Positions 19,677 to 28,732 of a stretch of 64,000 bases of DNA are shown here, piece by piece. The notes beneath the pieces were generated by a model that was not told the origin of the DNA, did not search any database, and saw only the letters and a program-made list of their open reading frames with translations. Source of the stretch: an uncultured Acidobacteriota bacterium (GTDB lineage Bacteria > Actinomycetota > Acidimicrobiia > Spongiisociales > ZC4RG35); the NCBI GenBank assembly GCA_963810465.1, contig CAWENM010000002.1, forward strand, positions 518,791 to 582,790. Reading direction: 5' to 3'. The position numbers and the translations under genes are program-made. Position 1 is the first letter of the stretch; every line of letters begins with the position of its first letter.

Positions 19677-20831
19677 TCAGCAGCCGTTCGAGACCAGCGT
19701 CGGGTGGGGGTTTATCGCCCCGCCGTCCCCGTACATGCCGAAGTGGAGGTGAGGATTCGCCCCCTGGGCGTTGCCCGACGTCCCGACGTACCCGATGACG
19801 TCACCCGCGCTCACCTCGCCGGTCTTGCCCGAGGCATCGAGGTGGGAGCCGAGATACTTGATCCCGTCACTTCCCAGCAGATTGAACTGGAGCCCGCCGA
19901 TTGTCCCCTCGATGAGCTCGACAGTGCCCGAGACCGGTGCCCTGACCGAGGCGCCCCGTTCGGCGAAGATGTCATTGCCTTCATGGAATCGTGAGCCGCC
20001 ACGGGGGAAGCCCCAATCGTTGAAGTAGCGGCCGCCCTCGACCGGGCACACCCAACTCGACCCGCCCGGCACCGCGAGCGTCTGGCCGGGTCGGATCAGG
20101 TTGACATCGGACAAGCCGTTCAAATCGGCCAGTGTCGAGATATTCGTGCCGTACGCGGCGGCGATGTCACCGAGACGGTCCCCCGTCTGGACCACGTAGC
20201 TGGCCGATCCTCCACTCCCGGTGCCCACGAAGGCGGGCCCATCGAGGAAGAGTCGGGTACCGGTGTAGACCTTCCCATTCGTGATCCCGTTGGCGGCGGC
20301 GATGGTGTCGGGCGACACGCCCGAGTACTGCCCGGCTATCGAGTCGAGGGTGTCGCCACGCTGAACGATGTGGTACCGGCCCGGTCGTGATGAGGTGGCC
20401 TCGGCGGCCTGTCCGTCGGCAGCGGGGGGACTGGCTGGAGCGGGTGACTTCTTCCTGGTGGTCGGGATGAGCACCTCCTGACCGGGGCGGATCAGATCAG
20501 GGTTGGCCATGCTGTTTGCCTCGGCGATGTCGGACGCGCTGGCGCCGTAGGCGGACGCGATCTTTGACAATGTCTCGCCTTGGCTCACCACATGGACCTG
20601 CTCCACGGAGCCGTCGACACCGGGGATGAGGATCACCTGGCCGGGCCGGATCAGGTTGGCATTCGAGATCTCGTTGAGCTCGATGACATCCGACAGGGAA
20701 ACGTCGTGGTCACGTGCGATCTCGCTGAGGGTGTCCCCGCGCTGCACGGTGTACTCCAAGGAAAAAAGAGCCACAGTCAGGGCGAGAACCGAGCCAACAG
20801 CAAGGGCGCGGGCGCGTCGATTGACTGGCAT
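19677..20831 (-). CDS. LysM-repeat (x4) M23 peptidoglycan endopeptidase
   Basis: Four YxVxxGDTLxxIA-type repeats; HEGND and HLHF motifs. Confidence 0.92.
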   Translation of the reverse strand: MPVNRRARALAVGSVLALTVALFSLEYTVQRGDTLSEIARDHDVSLSDVIELNEISNANLIRPGQVILIPGVDGSVEQVHVVSQGETLSKIASAYGASASDIAEANSMANPDLIRPGQEVLIPTTRKKSPAPASPPAADGQAAEATSSRPGRYHIVQRGDTLDSIAGQYSGVSPDTIAAANGITNGKVYTGTRLFLDGPAFVGTGSGGSASYVVQTGDRLGDIAAAYGTNISTLADLNGLSDVNLIRPGQTLAVPGGSSWVCPVEGGRYFNDWGFPRGGSRFHEGNDIFAERGASVRAPVSGTVELIEGTIGGLQFNLLGSDGIKYLGSHLDASGKTGEVSAGDVIGYVGTSGNAQGANPHLHFGMYGDGGAINPHPTLVSNGC

Positions 20832-20903
20832 GAAGGTCCAACTCCTTCAGGCCCCTTTTTCCGTCCGCTAGTCCACCCTAACCGGAGATCGCGAAATTGC
20901 CAG

Positions 20904-21965
20904 CTAAACCCTTTTCTGAACCAGGAGCACGGGTTTCAACCCCGGTTTGCCGGCGAGGAGACGCAATTGACCGCAGGCCGCGTCGATGTTTCGGCCCCTG
21001 GTGTCGCGGACGGTCACATTGACACCGCGTCTCCCCAGCTCCCGGGCAAAGGCATCGATGGCCGTCCTGCTCGATGCCTTTTCCTTGGTCAAGGGTGTCG
21101 GGTTGAGGGCGATCAGATTGACGTGGGCACGAAGTCGCCGGGCGATCGCGGCCAGCTTCATTGCCTGATCGGTGGTGTCGTTGACGCCATCCATCATCGT
21201 CCACTCGATCGAGAGCCGGCGCCGCTTCTTCTCGAAATAGCCGGCGGCGGCTTCCTCGAGCTCTGCCAGCGGATAGCGCCGGTTGATGGGCACAAGGGTG
21301 CTCCTCAGCTCGTCGTCGGCGGCGTGGAGGCTCACAGCCAGGGAGACGGGCCACGGCTCTTCTGTCAGTCGTCGTATTCCCGGCACCATGCCGACCGTCG
21401 ACACCGTGATCGATCGCGCCGACAACCCCATGACTTCGATCATCCGCCGGATCGCCTCCCTGACCCGGTCGTAGTTGGCCAGCGGCTCGCCCATCCCCAT
21501 GAAGACGACGTTGGTCAGGTGGTCGGGTGTTCCTGGCATGCCGATCTGACGAAGGAAAGCCTGCGCGTATGCGACCTGCGCCACGATCTCGCCCGCGTCC
21601 AGATGGCGCTCGAACCCGAACTGGCCCGTGGCGCAGAATGTGCAACCGAGGGCACAGCCCGCCTGACTCGAGATGCACAGCGTGGCTCGCCGTGGATATC
21701 CCATGAGAACGGCCTCGATCGCGGCCCCATCGGGAGCCCGGAACAGCCACTTGCGGGTAGTGCCGCCATCGGCGGTCTGCTCTGTTTCCACATCGAAGGG
21801 CCAGAGGCGCTCCACTCTGGACCTCACTCCGGCCGGCAGATTGGTCATGTCCTGACTGCTCAACACGGGCGTCCTGTACAGCCAGTCGCGCAATTGGTCG
21901 ACCCGATACGACGGCTCGTCTTCGAGGAGCTCGCCCAGATCCTCCGGCTGATGGAGGTAGGGCAC
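20904..21965 (-). CDS. rlmN: 23S rRNA m2A2503 radical SAM methyltransferase
   Basis: CISSQAGCALGCTFC, FMGMGEP, SLHA, IDAACGQL. Confidence 0.95.
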   Translation of the reverse strand: MPYLHQPEDLGELLEDEPSYRVDQLRDWLYRTPVLSSQDMTNLPAGVRSRVERLWPFDVETEQTADGGTTRKWLFRAPDGAAIEAVLMGYPRRATLCISSQAGCALGCTFCATGQFGFERHLDAGEIVAQVAYAQAFLRQIGMPGTPDHLTNVVFMGMGEPLANYDRVREAIRRMIEVMGLSARSITVSTVGMVPGIRRLTEEPWPVSLAVSLHAADDELRSTLVPINRRYPLAELEEAAAGYFEKKRRRLSIEWTMMDGVNDTTDQAMKLAAIARRLRAHVNLIALNPTPLTKEKASSRTAIDAFARELGRRGVNVTVRDTRGRNIDAACGQLRLLAGKPGLKPVLLVQKRV

Positions 21966-21967
21966 CG

Positions 21968-22288
21968 TCAGGCCAGGGAGCGGGCCTGTTCGATCCAGGT
22001 CCTGGCCCGGGCGCCGCTGACCCCGGCGGCCTCGGCGATGGTGTCGGGGGTTGCCGACGCCAGCTTGGAGACGGCGTCGATCCCGGCGTTCTTGAGACGG
22101 CTGGCGAACACGGGGCCGATCCCGTCTATGGCATCGATCCCTAGAGCCGTCGCATCCGGGGCGGCGGTTCGCAACACCGGTGGCTCCGGTTCCCGCGACG
22201 CTGCCACCGAGATGAATCGATCGCGCATTGCCCACACCAGGGCGGCTGCAGCGCCGACGACACCCACGACTTTGGCCAGCGTCTTCAT
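21968..22288 (-). CDS. Membrane-anchored helix-hairpin-helix protein
   Basis: N-terminal TM; IDGIGPVFASRLKNAGI HhH motif. Confidence 0.75.
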   Translation of the reverse strand: MKTLAKVVGVVGAAAALVWAMRDRFISVAASREPEPPVLRTAAPDATALGIDAIDGIGPVFASRLKNAGIDAVSKLASATPDTIAEAAGVSGARARTWIEQARSLA

Positions 22289-22335
22289 CAGTCGTGATCG
22301 TACCCATCCGTGGCCCGATCTACCCTGGCCGGCTG

Positions 22336-23361
22336 ATGAAAGTCGACTTCTATTACCCCCCCGGCCCACCCGAGGACGCTCCGGAGGCGGCGGTGACCGC
22401 GGCGAGCCTCGGCTACGACGGGTTCTTCACGGCTGAGACTCAACACGACCCCTTCCTCCCGTTGGCACTCGCCGGGTCGGCCCAGCCCGGTCTCGATCTC
22501 GGAACGGCGATCGCAGTCGCCTTCCCGAGGTCTCCGATGGTCACGGCCATGACGGCCTGGGACCTGGCCCGGTTGTCCAGGGGCCAGTTCATGCTCGGCC
22601 TGGGGACCCAAGTCAGGGCCCACATCGTCCGACGTTTCTCGACGACGTGGGACCGTCCGGTCCCTCGGCTCCGGGAGTACATCCTCGCCCTTCGGGCGAT
22701 CTGGCGGTCTTTTCAGGACTCGAGCCCTCTCGCCTTCGACGGTGACTTCTATCAGTTCTCGCTGATGACGCCATTTTTCAACCCGGGGCCGATCAAAGAT
22801 CCGGACGTTCCGGTCTATATCGCCGGCGTCGGCCCTCATCTGAGCCGTCTCGCCGGCGAGCTCTGCTCGGGGTTCCACGTCCATCCCTTTCACACGGTCC
22901 GCTATCTCGATGAGGTAGTGCTCCCCGGGATTGCGGCCGGCGCGGGGAAATCCGGGCGAACACTCGACGATGTCGAGGTGGCGACAACTGTCTTCGTCAT
23001 GACCGGCGAGACCGACGCCGACGTCGAGCAGGCGATGGGGCCGGTGCGGCAGCAGATCGCTTTCTACGCATCCACGCCCTCCTATCTCCCGGTTCTGGAG
23101 GCAGAGGGGTGGGATTTCGGCGGTGAGCTCAACGCGATGTCGAAACGCGGCCAGTGGGAGGAGATGGCCGGGCTCGTCCCCGACGACGCCGTGCTCACGG
23201 TGGGGGTGGCGGCCACGTCCGACCGTCTCGCCGAGGCCATACAGGAGCGATATGGCGATCGGGTGCAGCGGATCGGCTTCTACACGATCGGTCCCACTCT
23301 CGACGCCGACGCCGAGGCCCTCCGCGAGGTGATCCGCAAACTGAAGACACCGCGTACCTGA
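22336..23361 (+). CDS. LLM-class F420-dependent oxidoreductase (TIGR03617-like)
   Basis: AETQHDPF, AFPRSP, GLGTQVRAH, HPFHT, FYASTPSY. Confidence 0.88.
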   Translation: MKVDFYYPPGPPEDAPEAAVTAASLGYDGFFTAETQHDPFLPLALAGSAQPGLDLGTAIAVAFPRSPMVTAMTAWDLARLSRGQFMLGLGTQVRAHIVRRFSTTWDRPVPRLREYILALRAIWRSFQDSSPLAFDGDFYQFSLMTPFFNPGPIKDPDVPVYIAGVGPHLSRLAGELCSGFHVHPFHTVRYLDEVVLPGIAAGAGKSGRTLDDVEVATTVFVMTGETDADVEQAMGPVRQQIAFYASTPSYLPVLEAEGWDFGGELNAMSKRGQWEEMAGLVPDDAVLTVGVAATSDRLAEAIQERYGDRVQRIGFYTIGPTLDADAEALREVIRKLKTPRT

Positions 23362-23460
23362 GGTATGTAGCGCCAAATATGACGCAACGGGGACAGAGAA
23401 AGGGGGGCGGCCCGTTCTGTGTCGGCCCAGCGCCACATATGGCGCCATGAACCTCAGGTA
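23355..23460. repeat. 106-nt element with imperfect terminal inverted repeats (MITE/REP-like)
   Basis: TACCTGAGGTatgtAGCGCCAAATATGACGC ... GCGCCACATATGGCGCCatgaACCTCAGGTA; inner GACAGAGAA/TTCTGTGTC pairing. Confidence 0.6.
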
Positions 23461-23466
23461 ACGGGT

Positions 23467-25011
23467 CTAAAACACGATGGCGCTGGTGGTGTCGACGCGC
23501 GGATCGGGGTGAGTGGAGCGGGTGTCGCCGTCGATGTGGATCATCGAGACCGGGCCCCAACCGGGCTGGTGTTCGCCAACCTCTTCGATGAGGTGCCCGC
23601 GCCTCCGAAGATCGGCGACAGTGGTCGCGGCGACTCCCGGTTCCACGAGGAGTTGCCCTTCTGAGAACGGCCCGAATTCCCGGATGACCCATCGGGGCGC
23701 GTTCTGAGTCTCCTCGATCGATTGACCGGCCACGACGGCTCGGGCCGCGACTTGAGCCACGAGCTGCGGCTGGACCGCGCCACCTCTCGTCCCGATTACC
23801 CACTTCGGCTCCTGATCACGGGTCCAGAGGGTGGGGGAGAGGGTGTGGAGCGGGCGCTTCCCGGGCAGCAGCTCATTGGGGTGTCCGGGCGTCAGCGAGA
23901 AGCCGCTGCCACGGTTGTGGAGCAGGAAACCGCTCCGACCGGCTCCGAATGAGGACCCGGTCCCCTCGAAGTTCGATTGGATGATGGACACGGCCATCCC
24001 TTCCGCGTCGACAACGCACATATATGCGGTGCTCGACTCGGAGCCCATCTTCCGTGGCCAGACCCCGGTCCTTCCCCGGTCGACCGTGGCAGCGGCGCGG
24101 GCCAACCGGTCGCGATCGAGGAGAAGCTGCCCGGGAAGGGGTGCATGTTCGGGGTCGGCGACGAGATCGTCTCTCTCCCAGGCAAGCGAGCGAAACGCTT
24201 CGATCATCAGATGCCACCAGTCCGGGTCCGAGGGGTCCGACGGCGGTCCCAGCATCTCGAACACGGCGAGGGTGCCGGGTCCTAGATAACCCTGTGAGTT
24301 GGGAGGGATGGTCCAGGCGGCCATGTCCCCGACTGCACACGAGATCGGGGTCACCCATTCGGCGTGGGGCCGGGCCAGGTCGTCCCGGGTGATCAGACCG
24401 CCCAGCTCCTGCACGATGTCCTTGGCGGGGTCCCCGAGATAGAACGCTTCGCGCCCGTCCTCGCCAACAGCTTGGAGGGTGGCGGCCAGCGCCGGCCGTT
24501 TGACGAGGTCGCCCCGTGTCACCGGCTCTCCCTCCGGGTAGAACTCCCGGATCGCCTGCTGCCCGGCGTAGAACGACGTCTGCTCGAGAAAGGTGAGCGC
24601 CTGCTCGGTCGAGACTTCGAACCCGTCGGTCGCGTATTCCACGGCGGGGGCCAGGCACTCATCCAGCGGCAGGCGGCCTAGCTCGGAGGACAGGGCGGCC
24701 CAACCATCCACGCATCCCGGCGCGGTGACGGAGAGCATGTGGTCCCGCGGGATGGACCCGAGGCCTCGAACCGGCTCCCGGTCGGCATTGGAACCGGCTC
24801 GGCCGGAGGCATTGAGCGCCCGGGGCATGTCCCAACCCGGTCGATGCACCAGGGCGAAGAGATCGCCGCCGATGCCACATGTCTCCGGGGCGACGACTCC
24901 CTGGGCTGCGGTGGCGGCGATCGCTGCGTCCACCGCGTTCCCTCCCCCGATCAGCACGCGTTTGGCCGCCTCCGTGGAGAGATGATGTGGGGTGGAGACC
25001 GCCTGCGTCAG
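23467..25011 (-). CDS. ggt: Gamma-glutamyltransferase family protein
   Basis: GGNAVDAAIA, GIGGDLF, PPNSQG, nucleophile Thr in SSTAYMCVVD, LHNRG, PGKRPLHTL, DPR; start probably CTG 25011. Confidence 0.9.
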   Translation of the reverse strand: MTQAVSTPHHLSTEAAKRVLIGGGNAVDAAIAATAAQGVVAPETCGIGGDLFALVHRPGWDMPRALNASGRAGSNADREPVRGLGSIPRDHMLSVTAPGCVDGWAALSSELGRLPLDECLAPAVEYATDGFEVSTEQALTFLEQTSFYAGQQAIREFYPEGEPVTRGDLVKRPALAATLQAVGEDGREAFYLGDPAKDIVQELGGLITRDDLARPHAEWVTPISCAVGDMAAWTIPPNSQGYLGPGTLAVFEMLGPPSDPSDPDWWHLMIEAFRSLAWERDDLVADPEHAPLPGQLLLDRDRLARAAATVDRGRTGVWPRKMGSESSTAYMCVVDAEGMAVSIIQSNFEGTGSSFGAGRSGFLLHNRGSGFSLTPGHPNELLPGKRPLHTLSPTLWTRDQEPKWVIGTRGGAVQPQLVAQVAARAVVAGQSIEETQNAPRWVIREFGPFSEGQLLVEPGVAATTVADLRRRGHLIEEVGEHQPGWGPVSMIHIDGDTRSTHPDPRVDTTSAIVF

Positions 25012-25628
25012 GATGTCTTGAGGTCGGGGAGCACCCGATTCAACGCATCGAGGACGGAGCGGACCACCGCTCTCGACTCCTCGTCCTCGACATAGGCGCA
25101 CCCGATGAGGTGGCGCTCGCTCGCCTCGGTGACTACGACGATCTGTGCCACCGCCACTTTCCGGCTTCCCAGCGTCGGTATGTCCATGGACGAGACCGCA
25201 ACCGCCGACTCTTGGTGGATTGCCTGGCGGATCGCCTCGAGAGTCGCCTCGGCGATCTGACGGGACCGAGTCGTCATCGCCGCCGCACCTTTCGATGTTC
25301 CGGTGAACACCTCGTTTTGCCACCGCAAAGTCACAGAGACCTCGGCGCGGGAGCCATCCAGGAGCTCACTCACATCGACCAGCGCAGGGCGAAACCCCAT
25401 GTCGAGATCGGAGTCGGCGAGCTGGACCACGGAAACGACCCGCCGATCGATTTCTTCGCCGAAAAGTGCCTGGCTGAGGGACTGGACGTCTCTCACTACC
25501 TGCTTCGGCGGCTTGTTTCTCCGCGCCAGAACGTGGATTTCCTCGATGTGGCCGTTGCCGGCGACGATCCTCGCCGCTTCGACACCGTCGATGCGACAGA
25601 TCTTGTCCTGGAGGGCGATTAGGTCCAT
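25008..25628 (-). CDS. Conserved hypothetical protein divergent from the HD-GYP operon
   Basis: EEIHVLA..KPPKQVVRDVQS..IDRRVVSVVQ; C-terminal GxA..AVVRSVLDALNR reminiscent of the LeuA allosteric domain. Confidence 0.8.
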   Translation of the reverse strand: MDLIALQDKICRIDGVEAARIVAGNGHIEEIHVLARRNKPPKQVVRDVQSLSQALFGEEIDRRVVSVVQLADSDLDMGFRPALVDVSELLDGSRAEVSVTLRWQNEVFTGTSKGAAAMTTRSRQIAEATLEAIRQAIHQESAVAVSSMDIPTLGSRKVAVAQIVVVTEASERHLIGCAYVEDEESRAVVRSVLDALNRVLPDLKTS

Positions 25629-25806
25629 GACTGGTCAGCGTACAGTCAACGACGAAGGTCATCGGGATAACAGGACCCATTTCCTCTTGTTCAAGGTCGC
25701 GAGAGGCTCTAGATTGCGTCGGGCTGGAAGGCAGCTATTGGAAACGTGGGGCAGCCGAGGTCTCTGACCCGTCTGCCTGGCCTATGGCGGGCGAAGTCAG
25801 GGGCCT

Positions 25807-25836
25807 TTGACATGTAAAAGGTTCCCCGTCAAGACT
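25807..25836 (+). promoter_or_regulatory. Housekeeping-sigma promoter of the peptide/HD-GYP operon
   Basis: TTGACA (25807-12), 18-nt spacer, AAGACT (25831-36); predicted TSS about 25842. Confidence 0.55.
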
Positions 25837-25969
25837 TGCCGGGGAAAGAGGTGAGACCGGCGTCAGACGTCGGCCTTGTAACTGGACGCCCATCGAACCT
25901 AGCGGAGCGGATCGTCAACACCGGCACACAACGTCGGTGAAATACGGCACCAACAGGTGAGCGTTCTTG

Positions 25970-26047
25970 ATGAAGGCATTTCTGGCCCGTAATCGCATAT
26001 ATGTCGCGAGCCTGCAGATAGTGCTCGCCGGCGTAAGAATCGGCTGA
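25970..26047 (+). CDS. Unannotated 25-aa peptide MKAFLARNRIYVASLQIVLAGVRIG (putative signal precursor)
   Basis: SD AGGTGA at 25955-60, ATG 25970, TGA 26045-47; basic N-region, hydrophobic core, LAG motif; directly upstream of HD-GYP genes; codon usage atypical. Confidence 0.55.
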   Translation: MKAFLARNRIYVASLQIVLAGVRIG

Positions 26048-26098
26048 TATAGGCGCCGGCTCACCAAATCACGGTCACACATGTCGTCGAGGGGCTCA

Positions 26099-27490
26099 AT
26101 GAGGCTAGGTAGGAAAAGACCGTTGCGGGGATGGTTCGGACGTCTCCGCCCCACGGTGCAGCGTCGGTTGAAGATCGCTGTGCCTTACTCGCTCATGGGT
26201 CTGGCCGCCCTCATCGGGTCGTTTCTGATCTCCGACATGCCCAACTGGCTCTACTGGGCCCCGTTCGCATTTCTCTTCGTCCTGCTCGAGTTCTTTGCGG
26301 TCGAGGTCAACGATCGCATGTTCCAGTCCGCATCTGTGATGGTGGCAATGAGCGCAGGGGTGATTCTCGCCATGCAGCCGGGTTCCGACGCAATGTTCGG
26401 TCTGGCGTTGATGGGCGCCCTTGGCATGTTCACCCCGCTCGACTTGAAGGAAAAGCGGTGGTTCCAACCACTGGCGAATTTCGGGCAGATGGCCACCGCC
26501 GGCGCGGTCGCCGGCCTCATCTTCGATACGTATCTAGACGGTTTGGCAGTCGAAGCCGGCTCGCTGATCACGGTGCTGGCCGTGTCAGCGGCTGCGGCTC
26601 TGGCCTACGCCACAGTGCAAAACTTTCTGGTGCGTCACGCGGTGAAGGTCGTCTTTGGTCGGGACAATCTCGAGCCCTGGTCGCAGATGCCGGTTCTGTT
26701 CACCGGTGAGGTGGCCATGGGCTTGGTCGGAGGCCTGATCGGCGCCGCCTTTCTCATCGCCAACAGCGAGGCGATCATCGTTTTCATCGTCGGTGTCTTT
26801 GCCCTCGGCCACATGTGGCTCTATGCCTTCGCCCAACTGCGTGACGCGCACATCGGGTCGATCCGGGGCTTCGTCAAGACACTGGAGGCCAAGGACATGT
26901 ACACCCGCGGCCATACCGAGCGCGTGGCGTTCTTCGCTCAGATGATTGGTGAGGAGATGGGCTTCACGGGCACCCAGCTCGAGACCGTGCGTTGGGCGGC
27001 CCTGATCCATGACCTGGGCAAGCTGGCGGTCCCTACCGAGCTAATCCGGAAGAGGGGCCGGCTCGATGAGGACGAGTACGCCGAGATGAAAGCTCACGCC
27101 CAACTCGTCGAGGAGATCCTCGCCGAGGTGGACTTTCTCCAGCCCATGGTCGAGATCGCTTCCGGCCATCACAGCAACTTCGACGGCAGCGGCTACGGGG
27201 GGAGTGGGCACAGCCAGGGCGAGGCCCCCCGCATCGAAGCCTGCATCGTTGCCGCCGCCGATGCCTTCGACGCCATGACTTCGGCACGTTCCTACCGGAT
27301 GGCCCTCTCCCAGCAATACGCCATTTCCGAGCTGAGACGCAACTCGGGCGCCCAGTTCCACCCAGCGGTCGTCGACGCCTTCGAGCGGGCATTGACCAAG
27401 ACCGGGCGTCGCTGGGGTGCGCCGCATGTCAACGACGAGGAGATGGCCCGACGTCTCGCCGAGGAGCCGGAGCTGACCCTCCGTGGCTAG
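26099..27490 (+). CDS. Membrane-bound HD-GYP-type cyclic dinucleotide phosphodiesterase
   Basis: About 7-8 TM N-terminus; KDMYTRGHTERV, LIHDLGK, GHHSNFDGSGYG, ADAFDAMTSARSYR, GAQFHP; SD GAGGGG before ATG 26099. Confidence 0.9.
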   Translation: MRLGRKRPLRGWFGRLRPTVQRRLKIAVPYSLMGLAALIGSFLISDMPNWLYWAPFAFLFVLLEFFAVEVNDRMFQSASVMVAMSAGVILAMQPGSDAMFGLALMGALGMFTPLDLKEKRWFQPLANFGQMATAGAVAGLIFDTYLDGLAVEAGSLITVLAVSAAAALAYATVQNFLVRHAVKVVFGRDNLEPWSQMPVLFTGEVAMGLVGGLIGAAFLIANSEAIIVFIVGVFALGHMWLYAFAQLRDAHIGSIRGFVKTLEAKDMYTRGHTERVAFFAQMIGEEMGFTGTQLETVRWAALIHDLGKLAVPTELIRKRGRLDEDEYAEMKAHAQLVEEILAEVDFLQPMVEIASGHHSNFDGSGYGGSGHSQGEAPRIEACIVAAADAFDAMTSARSYRMALSQQYAISELRRNSGAQFHPAVVDAFERALTKTGRRWGAPHVNDEEMARRLAEEPELTLRG

Positions 27491-28727
27491 CTGGAGCCCA
27501 CGCGCCCTGTCGATTGTCTCCTGGCTCTATGTCATCGTCATCGCCGGTGTCGGTCTCTACGCGGCCACACTCGCCACGAGCGACTCGATGACACTGCTGG
27601 TCGCGGTGACCGCGCTGGTGCTGGCCTCGATGATCGGGGTCGCTGCCTCCAACACGGGAAATCGTTTCACAGTCGGTCTGGCGGTAGCTGCGGCGGTGCC
27701 CCTCGTGCTCGGCTCGCCGGAGAGCGTGGACCTGGCCGGTTGTTTCGCCGTTTACGGGCTGGGACTCGCCATCGTCTGGGCCCTTCGTTACTCACGCGGA
27801 GAGAAGCACACCGATCTCCTTCCCACGCTGGTGCGACGGTTCGCCGGATATTGCGTTTACGCCACCGTGTACTCCGCTCTAAGGGTTGGGCCGTTCGCAG
27901 AACTGAGCGGAGGCTGGGAGGACTTGTTCCCATTCGTGGTGGCGCTCATCGCCTGGATCGCGGTCGAGGTGTTCGCCCGCGCCATGCTGGTCGTCGGAAA
28001 GCGCGAGGTCTCCCGGACCTATCTGGCCCGTTCTCTGCTCCACGATCTCAATGTCTTCCTGGGTCTGGCCCTGACCGGCGGCCTGTTCGGGGAGCTCTGG
28101 CCGGTTCTGAGTTGGTGGGCCCTCCCCATCGCCCTCCTCCCCTACTCCTTCGCCCATCTCGCCTTCAAGCGCTTCCAGGAGACAAAGATCACCTACAAAC
28201 AGACCATCCGGGCCCTCGCCCGTATCCCCGAGGTCTCCGGCCTCGGGGTCGATGGCCATGCCGACCGGACTACGGAGCTCGCCTCGGCCATCGCCAAGGA
28301 GATCGGGCTGGGCCCGGTCCAGGTGGAGGACGTGGAGTACGCCGGGCTGATGCACGACATCGGGCGGGTCAGCCTCAATGAGCCCCAGATCTTGCGCATG
28401 GGCTACAGCGACACCGACATCGCACGCTGGAGCTCGGAGATCATCGCCGAGTCGCCGTATCTGAGCCGGGTGGCGACTCATGTTCGTCATCAATACGAGC
28501 CGTATCGCAAACCCGGCGAGCAGACAGACCCCGACGTCTCCGTCGTGTCGCGGATCATCAAGGTTGCCGCTGCTTACGACTGGCAGGTGCATTTGGAGGG
28601 TCTTTCCCCGCTTCAGGCCCTCGAGATCCTCCACACCGGTGCTGCCTACGACTACGACCCTGAAGTCGTCGCATCTCTACGCCGGTTGCTGGAGAGCCGC
28701 GGCGTTCTTACGCCGGTCCGGGTCTGA
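27483..28727 (+). CDS. Membrane protein with degenerate HD-GYP domain
   Basis: Multi-TM N-terminus; GHADRT and MHDIGR retained, but HHE/GYP region reads RHQYEPY and ADxFD reads AAAYD. Confidence 0.85.
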   Translation: MASWSPRALSIVSWLYVIVIAGVGLYAATLATSDSMTLLVAVTALVLASMIGVAASNTGNRFTVGLAVAAAVPLVLGSPESVDLAGCFAVYGLGLAIVWALRYSRGEKHTDLLPTLVRRFAGYCVYATVYSALRVGPFAELSGGWEDLFPFVVALIAWIAVEVFARAMLVVGKREVSRTYLARSLLHDLNVFLGLALTGGLFGELWPVLSWWALPIALLPYSFAHLAFKRFQETKITYKQTIRALARIPEVSGLGVDGHADRTTELASAIAKEIGLGPVQVEDVEYAGLMHDIGRVSLNEPQILRMGYSDTDIARWSSEIIAESPYLSRVATHVRHQYEPYRKPGEQTDPDVSVVSRIIKVAAAYDWQVHLEGLSPLQALEILHTGAAYDYDPEVVASLRRLLESRGVLTPVRV

Positions 28728-28732
28728 TTGGC

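Noticed and set aside
25851-25940. 29-aa GTG uORF as the signal precursor
   Set aside because: Hydrophilic with a poorly placed SD; the 25970 ORF fits better
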